A stretch of DNA of 64,000 bases from Amoebidium appalachense (taxonomy: Eukaryota > Protista > Ichthyosporea). The notes beneath the pieces were generated by a model. The model was not told the DNA's origin, searched no databases, and saw only the letters and a list, made by a program, of their open reading frames with translations. The stretch spans positions 10,134,468-10,198,467 of the forward strand of contig CAVNZM010000004.1 of the NCBI GenBank assembly GCA_963693365.1, read 5' to 3'. Position numbers and translations under genes: made by a program. Shown here piece after piece: positions 30,153-42,860 of the stretch; positions within the stretch are counted from its first letter, which is position 1; each line of letters begins with the position of its first letter.

Positions 30153-32811
30153 CGCGCGCGGGCGCGTGCGTGCGTGCGTGCGTGTTCATCTAGAGGTGTA
30201 AATGCATGCCTACCTGGATTGTGATGAGGTCTGTGCGCTTAAAGGGCTCATCGCTGATCAGATCCTTCCAGAACTTGGGCCTGTGTGTGAACACTGTTGG
30301 TTCACACACAAAATGATATGCAAGTCCCCCCCCCCCCCCCCCCCCCCCCAAACAAAAAAAAAAAAAAAAAAAAAAAAACCCAACCACACCACATCACCAC
30401 CACCACCATCACCAACACCACCCACAAAACACACACACACAAACACACGAGGAATCGCCACAACAAAAAAACACACCTGAGTAGTTGAAAACGAGGGTGA
30501 CGGCAGAAACTACAAAGTCGGTGACGTCTAAGGGGGAAAGAAGGGGGACGGGAGGGGGGGGGGGGGGGGGGGGTTTGGCAAAGAGACAGGGGGAAAGGGG
30601 TACGCACTTCACATTCAGTCTGTCGATGGTGTCCATGAGAAAAACATTGCCGCTCAGCTTGTTGGCCACTATGTGTGCATTGTCCGTGAACTGCTTGAAC
30701 GTCACCGGGTCATGGTACTCCCCTGTGGTAGGGGGGTTAGGCCAGCCTCTATACGGGAAAGGGGGGGAGGGGGGGGGGGGGGAGGGGATGGGGGAAATGG
30801 GGAGAAGGGGGGGGGGGAGAGGGGGGGGGGGGGGGAGGGGAAGGTAAACAGACTGCAAAGAATGTGTTCACGACAGACAGCACAAGGTAGATTTTACGAA
30901 GGCACTCGTGAAGAGTGTGCACCATACGCAGAGCCCATCTTCATGAGGACGGGGGGAGGGGGGAGGGGGGGAGGGGGGGAGGGGGGGGGGGAGTCAGTAG
31001 GTTTCAGCCCACGTAAAATCAAGTAGAGTAGATGATTGATGATTGACGTTGAACGGACTTAAGAACGATTCTGTTAAGACCCCTGTCGTGGTGTTCTGTA
31101 TAAGTGGGCTTGAATGTGTCAGGGCGAAGTACATGTGCATGTGTATGTGTGTATGTTTGTGTGGGCGAGTGTTCACATGTGCATGCTTGTGTCTCAAGGC
31201 TCATGCAAATGTATATGTTTGGATGTGTGTTGTGTTGAAGGAAACCACGTGCATGTGAGGTTGTGGCAAGTCGGGGTACGTCAGTGTGTACGTGTTGGTT
31301 TGGGGTGAGCCCCCCGGGTTGTGCTGATGTGTATGTGTGTGTGTGTGTGCTTTGTGTGTACGTGTGTGTGCGCGAGTGCATGCATCTGTAAGAAGGCGCC
31401 GGGGGAGGGGGGGGAGGATGGGGGGGGGTCTGAACCGGCAGCATTCTTATGGAAGGACAGCTTGATAAGATCCTTGGCCTTGAGGGGCTCACCGGTCACC
31501 GGGTTGGTGCCGTACTTCTTAATGTACGGCACTATGCTCCTGCACAAGAATATCTCAGTCATATCCAAACCTAGTGCATCAACCACTATGCTCCTGCACA
31601 AGAATATCTCAGTCATATCCAACCTAGTGCATCAACCACTATGCTCCTGCACAAGAATATCTCAGTCATATCCAACCTAGTGCATCAACCACTATGCTCG
31701 CACAAGAATATCTCAGTCATATCCAACCTAGTGCATCAATCACTATGCTCCTGCACAAGAATATCTCAGTCATATCCAACCTAGTGCATCAACCACTACG
31801 CTCCTGCACAAGAATACCTCAGTTATATCCAACGAGTGCATCAACTAGTACGCTCCTGCACTAGAAATATCTCAGCTATATCCCAGGAGTGCATCAACAC
31901 TACGCTCCTGCACAAGAATATCTCAGTTATATCCAACGAGTGCATCAACTAATACGCTCCTGCACTAGAAATATCTCAGCTATATCCCAGGAGTGCATCA
32001 ACCACTACGCTCCTGCACAAGAATATCTCAGTCTTATCCAAACGTAGTGCATCAACCACTACGCTCCTGCACTAGAATATCTCAGTAATATCCAACCTAA
32101 TAATATAAGTACGTCGACAACTTTGCTCCCGCACAAGACTATCTCAGTCATATCCAAACTTATGCATCCACCATTATGCTCTTGCACACATGGGTATTAT
32201 CCAACTTGTTCCCCTGGGAGCGCCGGGGGAGGGGGAGGGGGGGGGGGTGATGCATGAGAAATCACCGGACACCAAGAAAAAAGCGACACAATCAAACGAC
32301 CAGGGTCGGGGGGGGGGGGGGGGGGGGGTTCCAGCCATCAACATAATCCGAGCCTCGATCCCCTTTGTAAGATAAGCGGTGGTGGTGGTGGTTGGGGGGG
32401 GGGGGGGGAGGGGGTAGGGTTAGGGGAGGGGGGAGGGGAGGAGGAGGGGGGGGGGGGGGAGGGGGGAGGAAGGAGGGGGGGGGGACTTACAGAAGATCGA
32501 AAACGTTTCCATCTTTGTCGCATACTGGATTCTGGAATGGCTGAAAGGAGAGGCTGTGGGGGGGGACTAATCAGTCTTAAGAGAAAAACCGAGACTGAAA
32601 AGGCACAAGGGTGTTATCTCAGAAAGCGTAGCAAAAACCGTGCGAGGTTTTGAGACAGAAAGTAAATAGTCAAAAAGTTGTAAAAATTAAGCCCGGGTGT
32701 GCACGTATATGTGTGCGAGGTTGGGTATGTGTGGGGGCGAGGAGTTGCATGACGTCCATCCATGCATGTAAGGTGCATGGTGGCTTGGCAGGTCGCAGTG
32801 TGTCTGTATGC

Positions 32812-32857
<46 letters not shown>

Positions 32858-34045
32858 CCGTGCGTGCGTGTGTGTGCTCGTGTTTCAAAAGTTAGCGAAG
32901 TGGGACACGAGTGAGAGAGAGGGGTGTGCGTGTGTGTGCGGAGCGATATGTGTGTGGTGTGTGTGTGTGTGTGCGTGCGAAGAGGGGGGACAGGGGCGAG
33001 CCAGTGTGTGTTTTTTGGCACTGGGGGGGGGGGGGGGAGGGGGGGGGAAGAAGAGGGGCGGGAAGCGAGAGGGAGAAAGAGGGAGGGGGGAGGGGGAGGG
33101 GAGGGGAGGGGGGGGGGGGGGGGGATGAGTGAGAAGGGGGGAAGGCGGAGCAGAAAGAGAATTGCAGGAGACATGCAGAGGACACATGCATAGCAGGACA
33201 CATCTACACATCCGCCCTTTACGTCTTTAAGGCATGTGGCCTTCAAGTACGGGCACAAACACCAAACATATGACGGGCGGGCGGGCGAGCACGGCGGGCA
33301 GGACACGGTTTTTTTTGTTTTTTTTTTTGTTTTTTTTTTTGGGTGGGGGGGGGGGGGGGGTTTGAATGCGTCAAAAAGTACGAAGTACACAAGAACAAAC
33401 GGATAACACGATGCAGAGGAGGGGTCGGGAGTTTGGGTGGAGGGGGATGAAGGGGGGGAGTAGGCGGAATGAGAGAGGCGAAGGCATCACCGAGGGAAGC
33501 CACAGCCACTCACCAACAGCAGTTATAGGGCAGCCTCTTGAAGGTGGGCCCTGTCTTGCCCGCATTCCTCCCACCGTACACGGAAGACCACTCCGTGTGG
33601 GTGATGTATCTGTCATGAAAAGGCAGTTAGTGTGTTGGTGCATGGGTGGGTGGGTGGGTGGGTGGGTGGGAAAGGGTGGGGGAGGGGGGGGGGGGGGGGG
33701 GGGGGGGGAGGGGGGGGGGGGCACACAACACAAAGAAACCATGCCACACACCGGATGCGCAAAGCGGAAGAAACTATAACTGCAAGGACACAACGACAAA
33801 ACAGTGCCAATTAGTGTCACGGTCCTCTTAGGACAGACCGAATTAGATGCTCCCTTACCTCCCTGATCTTCTATCATTTATAAATTTTGATTGCTCTAAA
33901 GCAAGTTTGCGCGTGAACGCTTTGCATTTCTACGTCTATTCGCGCTTATAAGTGGGCTAGGCCTGTTTGAAAGGCGGGGGAAGGGGGGGGGGGGGGGGGG
34001 GCAAGCGGAGGGAAGTCAAGGGGAAGGGGGAGAGGGAAGGGGAGG

Positions 34046-34081
<36 letters not shown>

Positions 34082-34628
34082 GAGAGAGAGAGAGAGAGAG
34101 AGAGAACTACAGGGGATAGAATAAAGGTAGCAGATAATGGTGTGTCTATGTGCATGCATTGTGTGTGTTGTGGTAGTGGTGGTGCTGGTGTTGGTAGTGA
34201 TGGTGTTGAGGAGGGCTGCGGGGCGGGGTTGAGGAGGGAGGGTGAAGCGAGGGGCATGGGGGGAGGTGGGGGCGGAAGGGGAGGGGGGGGGGGGGGGGTT
34301 TGAATGCGGAACACAGTACGAAGTACGCATACACGATGAGAAGCATGGTGCAGGACACATGCAAAGGCAAACATTCAAGTATGCAACATCAGCCGTGCGC
34401 ACAGTATGCGTCATAAGCAGAGCCCATCCTCAGGGAGGGCCCAAGTCATCAATTGCGTCTGAGTTTCGACCCCTTAGCCCACGTATATACGACGCTCCAA
34501 CTCAGACAGCAGCATCAACTGAACTTGGGTGGGTCAACCCGTCTTGATCAAAGACGAGCAGAGGGGGGGGGGGGGGGGAGGGCTGAAGCTATGGGTTTGA
34601 CGGTGGTGCAGCATAAGGGATGTTTCAT

Positions 34629-34659
<31 letters not shown>

Positions 34660-34904
34660 ACCGTATGTGCCCAAAAACTGTGGTTAGATGGGTGGGCGCC
34701 TTCAGTCACACAGCGCGCTAATGTGCAAGTGCACCATTTGCTGCCATCCGTGTACGTGTGTGCTTAGTGGTAGCCATGCATCAAGGTCAAACACAGCCGC
34801 ACACCGCAGTGCACCAAGCAGCGGGACAAGCCCTTTGTGTGTCCTGCTAGGAACATACACACGCACACTCACAGCTTATCTTTCTGGTGCTGCTTCTTGC
34901 CCAT
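21813..34904 (-). CDS. PPIL2: RING/U-box cyclophilin PPIL2 (CYP60); 17 exons, ~522 aa
   Basis: Exons 34904-34873, 33609-33514, 32553-32491, 31539-31436, 30722-30608, 30280-30214, 29733-29658, 28987-28899, 28205-28073, 27577-27459, 27051-26962, 26378-26328, 24960-24860, 23955-23882, 23597-23545, 23003-22899, 22013-21813, all phase-consistent. [14 protein letters not shown] start, [47 protein letters not shown]-terminal FGNFDNW. Confidence 0.95.
22221..22484 (-). mobile_element. (C)n-associated retroelement-like repeat, subfamily A, 5'-truncated copy (PPIL2 last intron)
   Basis: Near-identical to 42213-42475 and to the reverse complement of ~51830-52093; G-runs on both sides. Confidence 0.85.
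25332..26305 (-). mobile_element. (C)n-associated element, subfamily B, head-to-tail array: two 452-bp units (from 25332 and 25784) plus a 70-bp partial (26236-26305)
   Basis: Exact 452-bp period; units joined by G7; shares conserved blocks with subfamily A. Confidence 0.88.
27882..28060. repeat. Tandem repeat GATATGGAGAGAAAAGAAGAAAAGGA(G)n, about 4 copies
   Basis: Visible directly; unit boundaries fall in G-runs. Confidence 0.8.
29158..29620. repeat. ~260-bp tandem duplication in a PPIL2 intron bounded by poly-G
   Basis: GACTAGAGTGAAACAGACATGCAAGG... occurs at ~29157 and ~29417. Confidence 0.88.
31530..32190 (-). repeat. ~53-bp minisatellite (~12.5 copies) that reiterates the PPIL2 exon-4 3' splice site
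   Basis: Minus-strand unit GTTGATGCACTAGGTTGGATATGACTGAGATATTCTTGTGCAG|GAGCATAGTG; the last unit runs into the coding exon. Confidence 0.92.
33361..33417 (-). mobile_element. (C)n-associated element, subfamily A, short 3'-terminal fragment
   Basis: TTTGAATGCGTCAAAAAGTACGAAGTACACAAGAACAAACGGATAACACGATGCAGA immediately after a G-run. Confidence 0.8.
34299..34561 (-). mobile_element. (C)n-associated element, subfamily B, 5'-truncated copy (PPIL2 intron 1)
   Basis: Near-identical to 25332-25594; G-runs on both sides. Confidence 0.85.
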
Positions 34905-35765
34905 CTTGCTGCCTCCTCACTGCGCCACACTTCTTGGCCTGGCTACTATCCTAACAGCCCCTATTTCGCTGCAATCTAGAGCTGGAACTTAACGTTGTAG
35001 AACGTGTGTGTCACTAATATTAGTGGCCTGTTGCACAAGGTTGGGTCTCATTGGCGATGTCTACAAGGCACTTCGCAAACGTTTCTGTGGTCCGCTTGCA
35101 CAGTCAGTGCTGAGTGTGGGGGTCTTATCAAATCACTCTTGCAGTCACTGAGTGCACGGGTGTTATCAAATAGTCTTCAAAGTGTCTACTCATTGATCAC
35201 AAACAGACAGATTGGCATTGGACCACGGCCATCTAGAAACACATAGGACTTGAGCTTTTTTGATGACGTCAAAAAACCCAAAAGGGTGGCTGCATCACAA
35301 GAACTTCTTATTTTTTTTTTAAAGTAAAGTGAAGTATGTGAGATATCAAGAACTTCAACACATCACATTAGATCGAGAACAAAGCTATGCCTTTGCACCA
35401 CAAGAAAAACGTGTACGTGTCTTTGCACCAGACGTGCACATGAACATGCCCTTAGGCTGCCATGGAATTTTCAACTGTATTTGGCACTTATTCCACTTAA
35501 ATTAAATACGGTTTCATTCGTTCAATCCTGACACTGGTTAATGTGCGCTAAACATGATCATGGACAAAGTTAACACTAAATATACAAGACAAAGCTAAGA
35601 ACATATAGGTATATTACCTAGTGATAGTCCCTTTGCTACTGCTTCATTGTTCGGTCAAATATAAAAATGGTTTACGCTAAAAACAACAAGAAAGATCATT
35701 GGCAAGAACAAAACTCGAACTTGAATGCCTGCATTGGCCTCACCAGCTACAGAACTTCTTTAGCC

Positions 35766-36915
35766 TCAATCACCCTTGTCCATGATCCTCCAAGGAAGCA
35801 ACTTCCACTGTCCACTTACACCTTTAACGGTAAACATTCTCTCAGAGCTAATGGTTTTCTTGGTTTCCCGCTCCGACCCTACGCTTATATGCCTTCGTAG
35901 GTTCCGGCGACTTTGTCTTGCATCTCCCTCTCCTGCACGATGATTACCTGGTTTCAGACTAACTTTATCCACATGGGAGAGCAACGAGTCGATGTATTTT
36001 GCTGTGGACACATCCATCCCAACACGCGTGCCCATAGCAAACTGCACTTTCTCCTTGAGCTCACACAATAGCGGCATATACATTGCAACTAAGGGCTGGA
36101 GCTCATCGGCAGTTAAATCCGGGTAACGCCGGATGTAAGGTGTCGCGATAATACAAGGTGTCTTCGAATGCGTTGACGAGCTCATCCAATGTTTTGGGCT
36201 CGCCAAGTGCTCCGTATACCAGAAGCTGGGCTGAGGTAAGGAAGAGGGGTGTGGACTGCCGCCTGTTCAGGTTTAACCCTTCGGGCATGTCGACGTTATC
36301 CTGTATGGAGTGGGGGAAGCGGGTGAGAACTTGTCTAAGTAGTTATTGGCACGTGACAATAGGATGCAATTGCACCAGTCTGTTAGGGGGTCTTATGTAT
36401 TCTTCTGAGAAGTTTATACCGCACACCATGGAACGAGAAACTGAAAATTCTGAGAAGTTTATGCCGTACACCACTGAACGAGAAACCGAACAAGGTTTGG
36501 CAATGCTTGTTTCTTTGCCAACCTTTTCTTTTCTTTTCTTTTCTTTTCTTTCTTTTTTTTTTTTGCACGTTTTCCATACACTTTCAACGGTCAACCTCGG
36601 CTTGCTTACCTCACTAGGACCCACTGGCCCCATTTCGTAGTTGCTGCAGCTCCCTGCTTCTCTTTGACTCTTCTTGGTAACAGACGGTGCAGACCTGCTC
36701 CCTGGCCGTGTACGTGTCTCTTGGCTGAGGGGCGGGTTGTACTTCTCTACGGTCGTGCTGGGCACGGTGACTACCTTGCGCAGTTTGATAGTGAGTGCAC
36801 GGCGTAGAGTGTTGGCCTCTTTGGAACGGCTGGGCTTCTGCTCAAGGTGGCCTGGAGCGTCTTGGGTGGACTCCCCTTGCCAGAGGGGCGAGCTTGCCAC
36901 CAGTGCTGCGGCCAT
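35766..36915 (-). CDS. Hypothetical protein, 2 exons (36915-36610, 36300-35766), with an apparent +1 frameshift near 36137
   Basis: GAG|GTAAGC donor and pyrimidine-rich CCCCACTCCATACAG acceptor in phase 0. Protein-like reading ...ELVNAFEDTLYYRDT / YIRRYPDLTADELQPLVAMY... needs one base removed. Confidence 0.5.
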
Positions 36916-39584
36916 GATGTGTGTCTCTAGTGCACAACAAACAATTTAAAATAAAGGTGAGGTGTGATACTGACAATGGATGTGGTACTGCTTCACCGGT
37001 ACCGGGTGTTGTAATCGAACACCTACCAAACCCTTGAATAAGAGTAGAGTACAATAAAGAGTCGAGTATTCACTTCCCGCTTTTCAGGCCTTCGTGCATA
37101 TACGCAAGAAAAAGTCGTCAGGACTGAGCTCATGAGGCTCTGTGCTATGGTGCCTTTCCATAAAAATGCGTGGAGACCCAACCCAGCAAACTCTGACTGA
37201 AATTTCCGATGCGTTTATCCGAATCTGTCACCCTAGACTCTATGCCTGTCCGCCATCTCAGCGGCTGCAGTGACTTGCAACTGTCTTGCTTGTTGGCTTA
37301 TGACCCTGCTTGAGAGTTTTAAGAGAAATGCTTGCGCATAATTAAATGGATAAGCCAAAACTTGGGAGTTACCATATTTCTGGCGACATGTACATGCCCA
37401 ATATTAGCTGGTCTTCAACTGGTCGTAGCCACTGCACGTGTATCAAACGTGTAGGTACCGGGATTCGAAATATCCAATATCCATATACGATGGCAATGCC
37501 GATCGATAATATTCCCGTAGGCTTCAACAGTTATTCAGATCTTGTGAGTCACTGGGCGCTCCCTGGATGGACGGGATGTATTCTTGCTTTTAAGTTCCCT
37601 GTGATTTTATGTTAAGCTTTAGACCCGTGAAATTGTGTGCGAATGCAAGGTGGCCCTCAGGTGGGGCCAGCAGCTTGTGGAGAAGGGGGACTAAGGGTGA
37701 ACCCCCTTCAAGGGGGACTTCGAGAGTCAGGCTACATTTTCACAGGAATCTGGAATTTGGCAGATGATTGGCTGGCTAATTAGTATGCTGATTGCAGCAT
37801 TGTGGTGATTGGATGCTTTTATTTAGATCTGGTAAATCTAAAAACTTCGGCGCACACCGGCATCCTCCAGGCCAGGGTGTGAACTCCCCCCCCCCCCCCC
37901 CCCCCTCCCCTCCCCCCCCCCTTTTTTTTTTTACAGTGAGTAAAAACTTTCTTTTAAATTCGTAGGTGCCATTTTGCCAAATTTCACCTACTAGCAGTGC
38001 AACCAGCTGTTTTCAGGAAGGGGTATTTTATGGATTTGAACCTGCTAGATTCAAACCGGTTGACTCGAAAAACTGGGTTGAAAAAGAAAAACACGTATGT
38101 AGCCTACCAATATATAACTTATTAATCTCAAACTTGAGGAAAACTTTTCGAGTCAGGGACAATTGCAATAATAAATAATAAAATAAATAAAATCATGTAA
38201 CCCTTTAATTTTACAACCTGGCCGTCCCAAGCTCATACAGCAAACATATACATGTTAGCAGCAGCTGTGTCACGTGACAGCTACAGCCAGACAGCATATG
38301 CCACAGACAGTGGGTCTGTCGACGTCAGCGCTGCAGCCTGCTGCCCTCGGGCTCTTGTACGCACCGCTGGCAGGCCGCAGTGCTGAAAGTTTCAGACCGT
38401 GGCACCACAAGAAACCAGTCACTGATGGCAAACGTAGTCCCGTACCCCGTACGCGTGTCCGACCTATGTAGCAGGCCTTAAAACGTGATCAGGGAGTCAT
38501 GGTCATCTCCCTGATGACGACATGCCTCCCAAATAGACTGTAGTCACTCTGAGTGCTGTCTCCCTGCAGCCTCTTCTTCTTCTTCCTTCCCTTTTTTTTT
38601 TTTTTTTTTTTTTTTTAATGTTGCGGCCCGGCCGCTTACGTAAGCCAGCGGGTACATAAATTAAATAGACTGTGGTATCGACCATGTGTTTTTATGTTGA
38701 ATTTGAACGGGGGGCCGTGAGTAGTTCGGGATTTTGGCCTTTTGGGGGGGGGGGGGGGTGGGGGGTGGGGGGGGGGGGTGGGGGGGGGGGGGGAGGAGGG
38801 GGGCCGGGGGCCCGAGGGGAGGAGGGGCGGGGGGAGGGGGGGAGGGGGGGGGGGGGGGGGGGGGGGGGGGCTTTTTTTTTTTTTCCGGCTGGTAGCGCTA
38901 GTGGCCTGGGAAAAGAGCGGCGAGGGGAAGAAGGGGGACGGAAGGGGGAAGGGGGGGGGGGGGGAAGGGGGGGGGGGGGGGGGGGGGGGGAGGGGGATCC
39001 GCGGACCGGAACCACAGCCGACCGCCCATCCATTTGCGATTCTGAATGGCCGCGCTTATTTACAGTCTGTATCATTAACCACTGCTTGGATATCATCCCG
39101 ATCCATAATGGTGTCGGCACCCTGGCTTCATTTAAGTATCACTTAGCTACTTTGATCAAAACATATCAGGCTCAGTAATGTTTGTTGCGGTAGGCTCCCC
39201 CCCCCCCCCCCCTGCTCCTCCCCCTCCTCCCCCCCCCCCCCCCCCCTGCCCCCAAGAGAAGGGGGGGGGGGGGAAACCTGGGCCCACCACCGAACCTCCC
39301 CACCAACCTCCTCCCCCCCCTCCCCCCCCCTCCCCCCTTTCCTTCTCTCCCTAGTTGGCCCAGCTGGCTGTAGCTACGGCTTGTGGTTCCCCACACAATC
39401 TCCCTCAACCCCTTTTCAAATAAAGTGTGCTGGTGCATTTCGGTTTGATATTTCTGCTTACGTGTGCATTACTTTCGGCCATTGTGCACTCAAGAAATTA
39501 TGGCTAGCCTGGCGTCACCACGGTCCGGATACACCACCTTGGATTTAGTTAAGGTGGGCTGTCATTAATGCCACACACACGCAC

Positions 39585-39694
39585 ACTCATGTGCACAGTC
39601 ATACACACACCGCGGTAAGCGCATGGGCACGCGGACGCGGACGCCCACACACACCCGCCCGCGGGCGCGCACGTGCACGCATATACACACACAA

Positions 39695-39758
<64 letters not shown>

Positions 39759-39906
39759 ACACGCACACACACACACACACACACACAAGCCCACACACGC
39801 ACGCACACGCACACATGTACGCACACACCCACACACTTCACGAACCCACGCCGTGCCAGTGACGCACGCACACATGCACGCACGCACACAAACGTGCACA
39901 CACACA

Positions 39907-39981
<75 letters not shown>

Positions 39982-39995
39982 CCGCACGCGCGCTT

Positions 39996-40056
<61 letters not shown>

Positions 40057-40553
40057 TGCACGCACTCATGCACACATCCGCGCACACACGCAACGGTTAC
40101 CACTCACGCACGCAACCAGGCACGCACCCATGCTGCACGCACACACGCACACATGCAAGCACCCACGCACAGCTCTCCCATGCACGCACACCCGTACATA
40201 CACACATGTACCACACATGCACTGAGACACACACTCAGTCATCAAACAGATGTCCACGAGAAAACCAAAGCCTTAAGTCGTGCTCGCAGGCATGCAGGCA
40301 TGCACACATGTGCACGCAAGCATACACAGACACAGACACAGATACACACAGTGACAGACACGCTCACAGGCTGCCACAGTATCATCGTATCCCCCTCCCC
40401 CCCCTCCCTCCTCCCGGCCTTTCTACGCTCTCTCTCTCTCTCTATAAAACGCTCTCTTACTAGGCTCTTCCCCCTCCCCCCCCCACTCTTTCCCCAGTCT
40501 TTCTGGCGCAAACACGTGCATTCATAGCATCACCCGACAACAGAAACATGCGT

Positions 40554-40627
<74 letters not shown>

Positions 40628-40630
40628 CTA
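39585..40630. repeat. (CA)n/(CACG)n compound microsatellite region
   Basis: Visible directly. Confidence 0.9.
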
Positions 40631-41144
40631 CACACGCAACCGGCGCCAGCCGGCCGGTAGCGGCTGGGCCACTGATTGGCCCAAAAGCCCGCCCTTTTTA
40701 TGATTACCCGCTATCAAGATCTAAGGTAATACACACACAACTTCTGGCACACACATGCAATAGCAATGATTGGTCATGTAATCGCGCACATTCTTTCTGG
40801 CGTCCACGCAACTTGCACATGTGCCAAAATGTTACACACACACCCCGCTAATGATTACAGTGCCCGCAACAGTGCCAAGCGTATCATGCGGCACACTTGT
40901 ACACATGCAGCCAAAGGCATCCGCTACTACTACATGGCACACAAGCCGCAGGCACACACGTGCACGCACCTCTTGAGCATGATAGCTCTGGCCCAATCAA
41001 AATACCAAGCACTGGTCAGAACAAAGGGGCGATGGTAACTGTTGGCGGTGGTGATGGGGGGGGGGGGGGGGGGGGAGGGGAGGCACCACGTCTGCAATAT
41101 TAACCAGTGGGGACCGGGGTGGGGGGAGGGGAGGGGAGGGGGGA

Positions 41145-41175
<31 letters not shown>

Positions 41176-42046
41176 AAGGGGGGGGGGGGGGGGGGGGGGG
41201 GGGGAGGGGGGAAGGGGGGGGGCACCGGCATCCATGTAGGTGCCCTCCCATCCCCATTCCCCCTCCCTTCCCTCCCCCCACTGTGAAATTCATAAAAGGC
41301 CCTACCAGTAGGTGCCTGCCACCGCGCGCTGCTTTTCGGCATACGATCATGGGTCGAATTCTGCTGTAACACATGTGTAACGTTTGACATGCTGGCAAGC
41401 GTGGCTTCAGTATTTATTCCAGTGTGGCACATGTTATGATACAGGTAAGCCTGATTTGTATATCTCTCCGAAGTACAAGGGGGGGGAGGGGGGGGGGGGG
41501 GGGAGGGGGGAATTTCAGGCCTAGGGAGGAAGGGGACCGGGGACTGGGGGAGGGGGGGGCGGGGAGAGGAGGAGGATGAGGATTCGGCCAACATTAGTCT
41601 AGACGGCGGTTCAGGCCCTTTCCTTGCAAGAGGTGTGTGTGTGGTACTTGTCTGCCTGTGTGTGAATGGCCCGTGCACACATTTTTACGTGTACCTGTGA
41701 CATGATACCTATGTTGCTTTGCGTGTGAGCGTGTACGTTGTTTTTGACTCATGCACTACGTGTTTACCAGTGAGACAGGGGCAGGGGGGAGGGAGGGAGG
41801 GGTAGGGGAGATTGGGGGGGGGAAAGGAGCCGGGGCCCAGCGGAGTAGGTGGGAGAGGGGGAAGGGGGGGAGGGGGGAGGGGGGAGGGGGATGAGATAAA
41901 GCTTTGGACATTGAATTGTCGCTCTCTTAATAATATTAAAGCGGTTCTCAGTCAGACCATAGTATCGTATCGGATGCTACTGAGCTTGCACAAGATCGGA
42001 TAGTATATTTTACTTACGGCATTCCATCCCAAGTGCAATTCCCTCC

Positions 42047-42083
<37 letters not shown>

Positions 42084-42212
42084 TTTTCTCCACCACACTT
42101 AAACTTAAACACTTTAAGTGGGGAAAAGGGGGGGGGGGGGGGGGGGGGGGGGGGGAGAGAGCTGTGTGTATGTGTGTGTGGGAGGGGTCTGGAGGGAGAG
42201 AGGGGGAAGGGG

Positions 42213-42860
42213 TTTGAATGCGTCAAAAAGTACGAAGTACAAAAAGAACAAACGGATAACACGATGCAGAATGCAAGCCATATATAAAGAGTATGCATAA
42301 TAAGCAGAGCCCATCCTCAGGGGGGCCCACGTCATCCACAGTACCCGAATTTCGACCTATCCACCTCGTTAACGAAACCCAACTCAGATACTGTTTCACT
42401 TGAACATGGGTAGGTCAACCGTCTTGATCAGAGACGAGCAGGGTTGCTTATGCAGGCAAGGGCAGTGGGAAAGGCCGGGGGTTAAAGTTGCAGCAGTAAG
42501 CAGAAGCAAGAAACATATAGATAGGAACTCAGGAGACGGGGCTTCTAGGAAGCTCCCCCGTCGCTACGTAAGTCGATACTTCCCTGGCTAACATACTACA
42601 CCAGCTGAAAAGAATTAAGTCCCGAAGGCCGCAGAATTCGCAATCAGAGGGGAAAACATGAGATTTGACCCACGCCGCAGGGTAGTAACACACTTACTAG
42701 GGCGGAACTTTAACGTCTTCGAACGGAAAGCTATGCCCTCGGATGTCAGCCGGAAATATGGTGTCACCCATTGCTTTGGGCTTGAAAAAAGCCAAATCGA
42801 TAGTCCGAGTTATGTTACGCCGGCGGTTAACATGCCGCATGGGTTCCAAGGGAGCTGTCG
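42213..42860 (-). mobile_element. (C)n-associated element, subfamily A, longest copy; 3' region plus a probable ORF C-terminal remnant
   Basis: 42213-42552 matches the 51756-52093 copy. Unique sequence continues to a G-run at ~42861; a minus frame of ~110 codons broken only by adjacent TAG-TAA ends ...GELPRSPVS* inside the shared part. Confidence 0.7.

Noticed and set aside
31530-32190. CRISPR-like array
   Set aside because: Contiguous tandem units with no unique spacers, inside a eukaryotic intron, with no cas genes.
41893-42003. IKLWTLNCRSLNN, resembling the N-terminus of a LINE APE endonuclease
   Set aside because: Only one short motif, with no following QET or SDH motifs in frame, and on the opposite strand to the adjacent element.
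42694-42699. In-frame TAG-TAA as evidence of stop-codon reassignment
   Set aside because: Host genes here end in TAA, TAG and TGA and show no internal TAR codons; decay of the copy is the simpler explanation.
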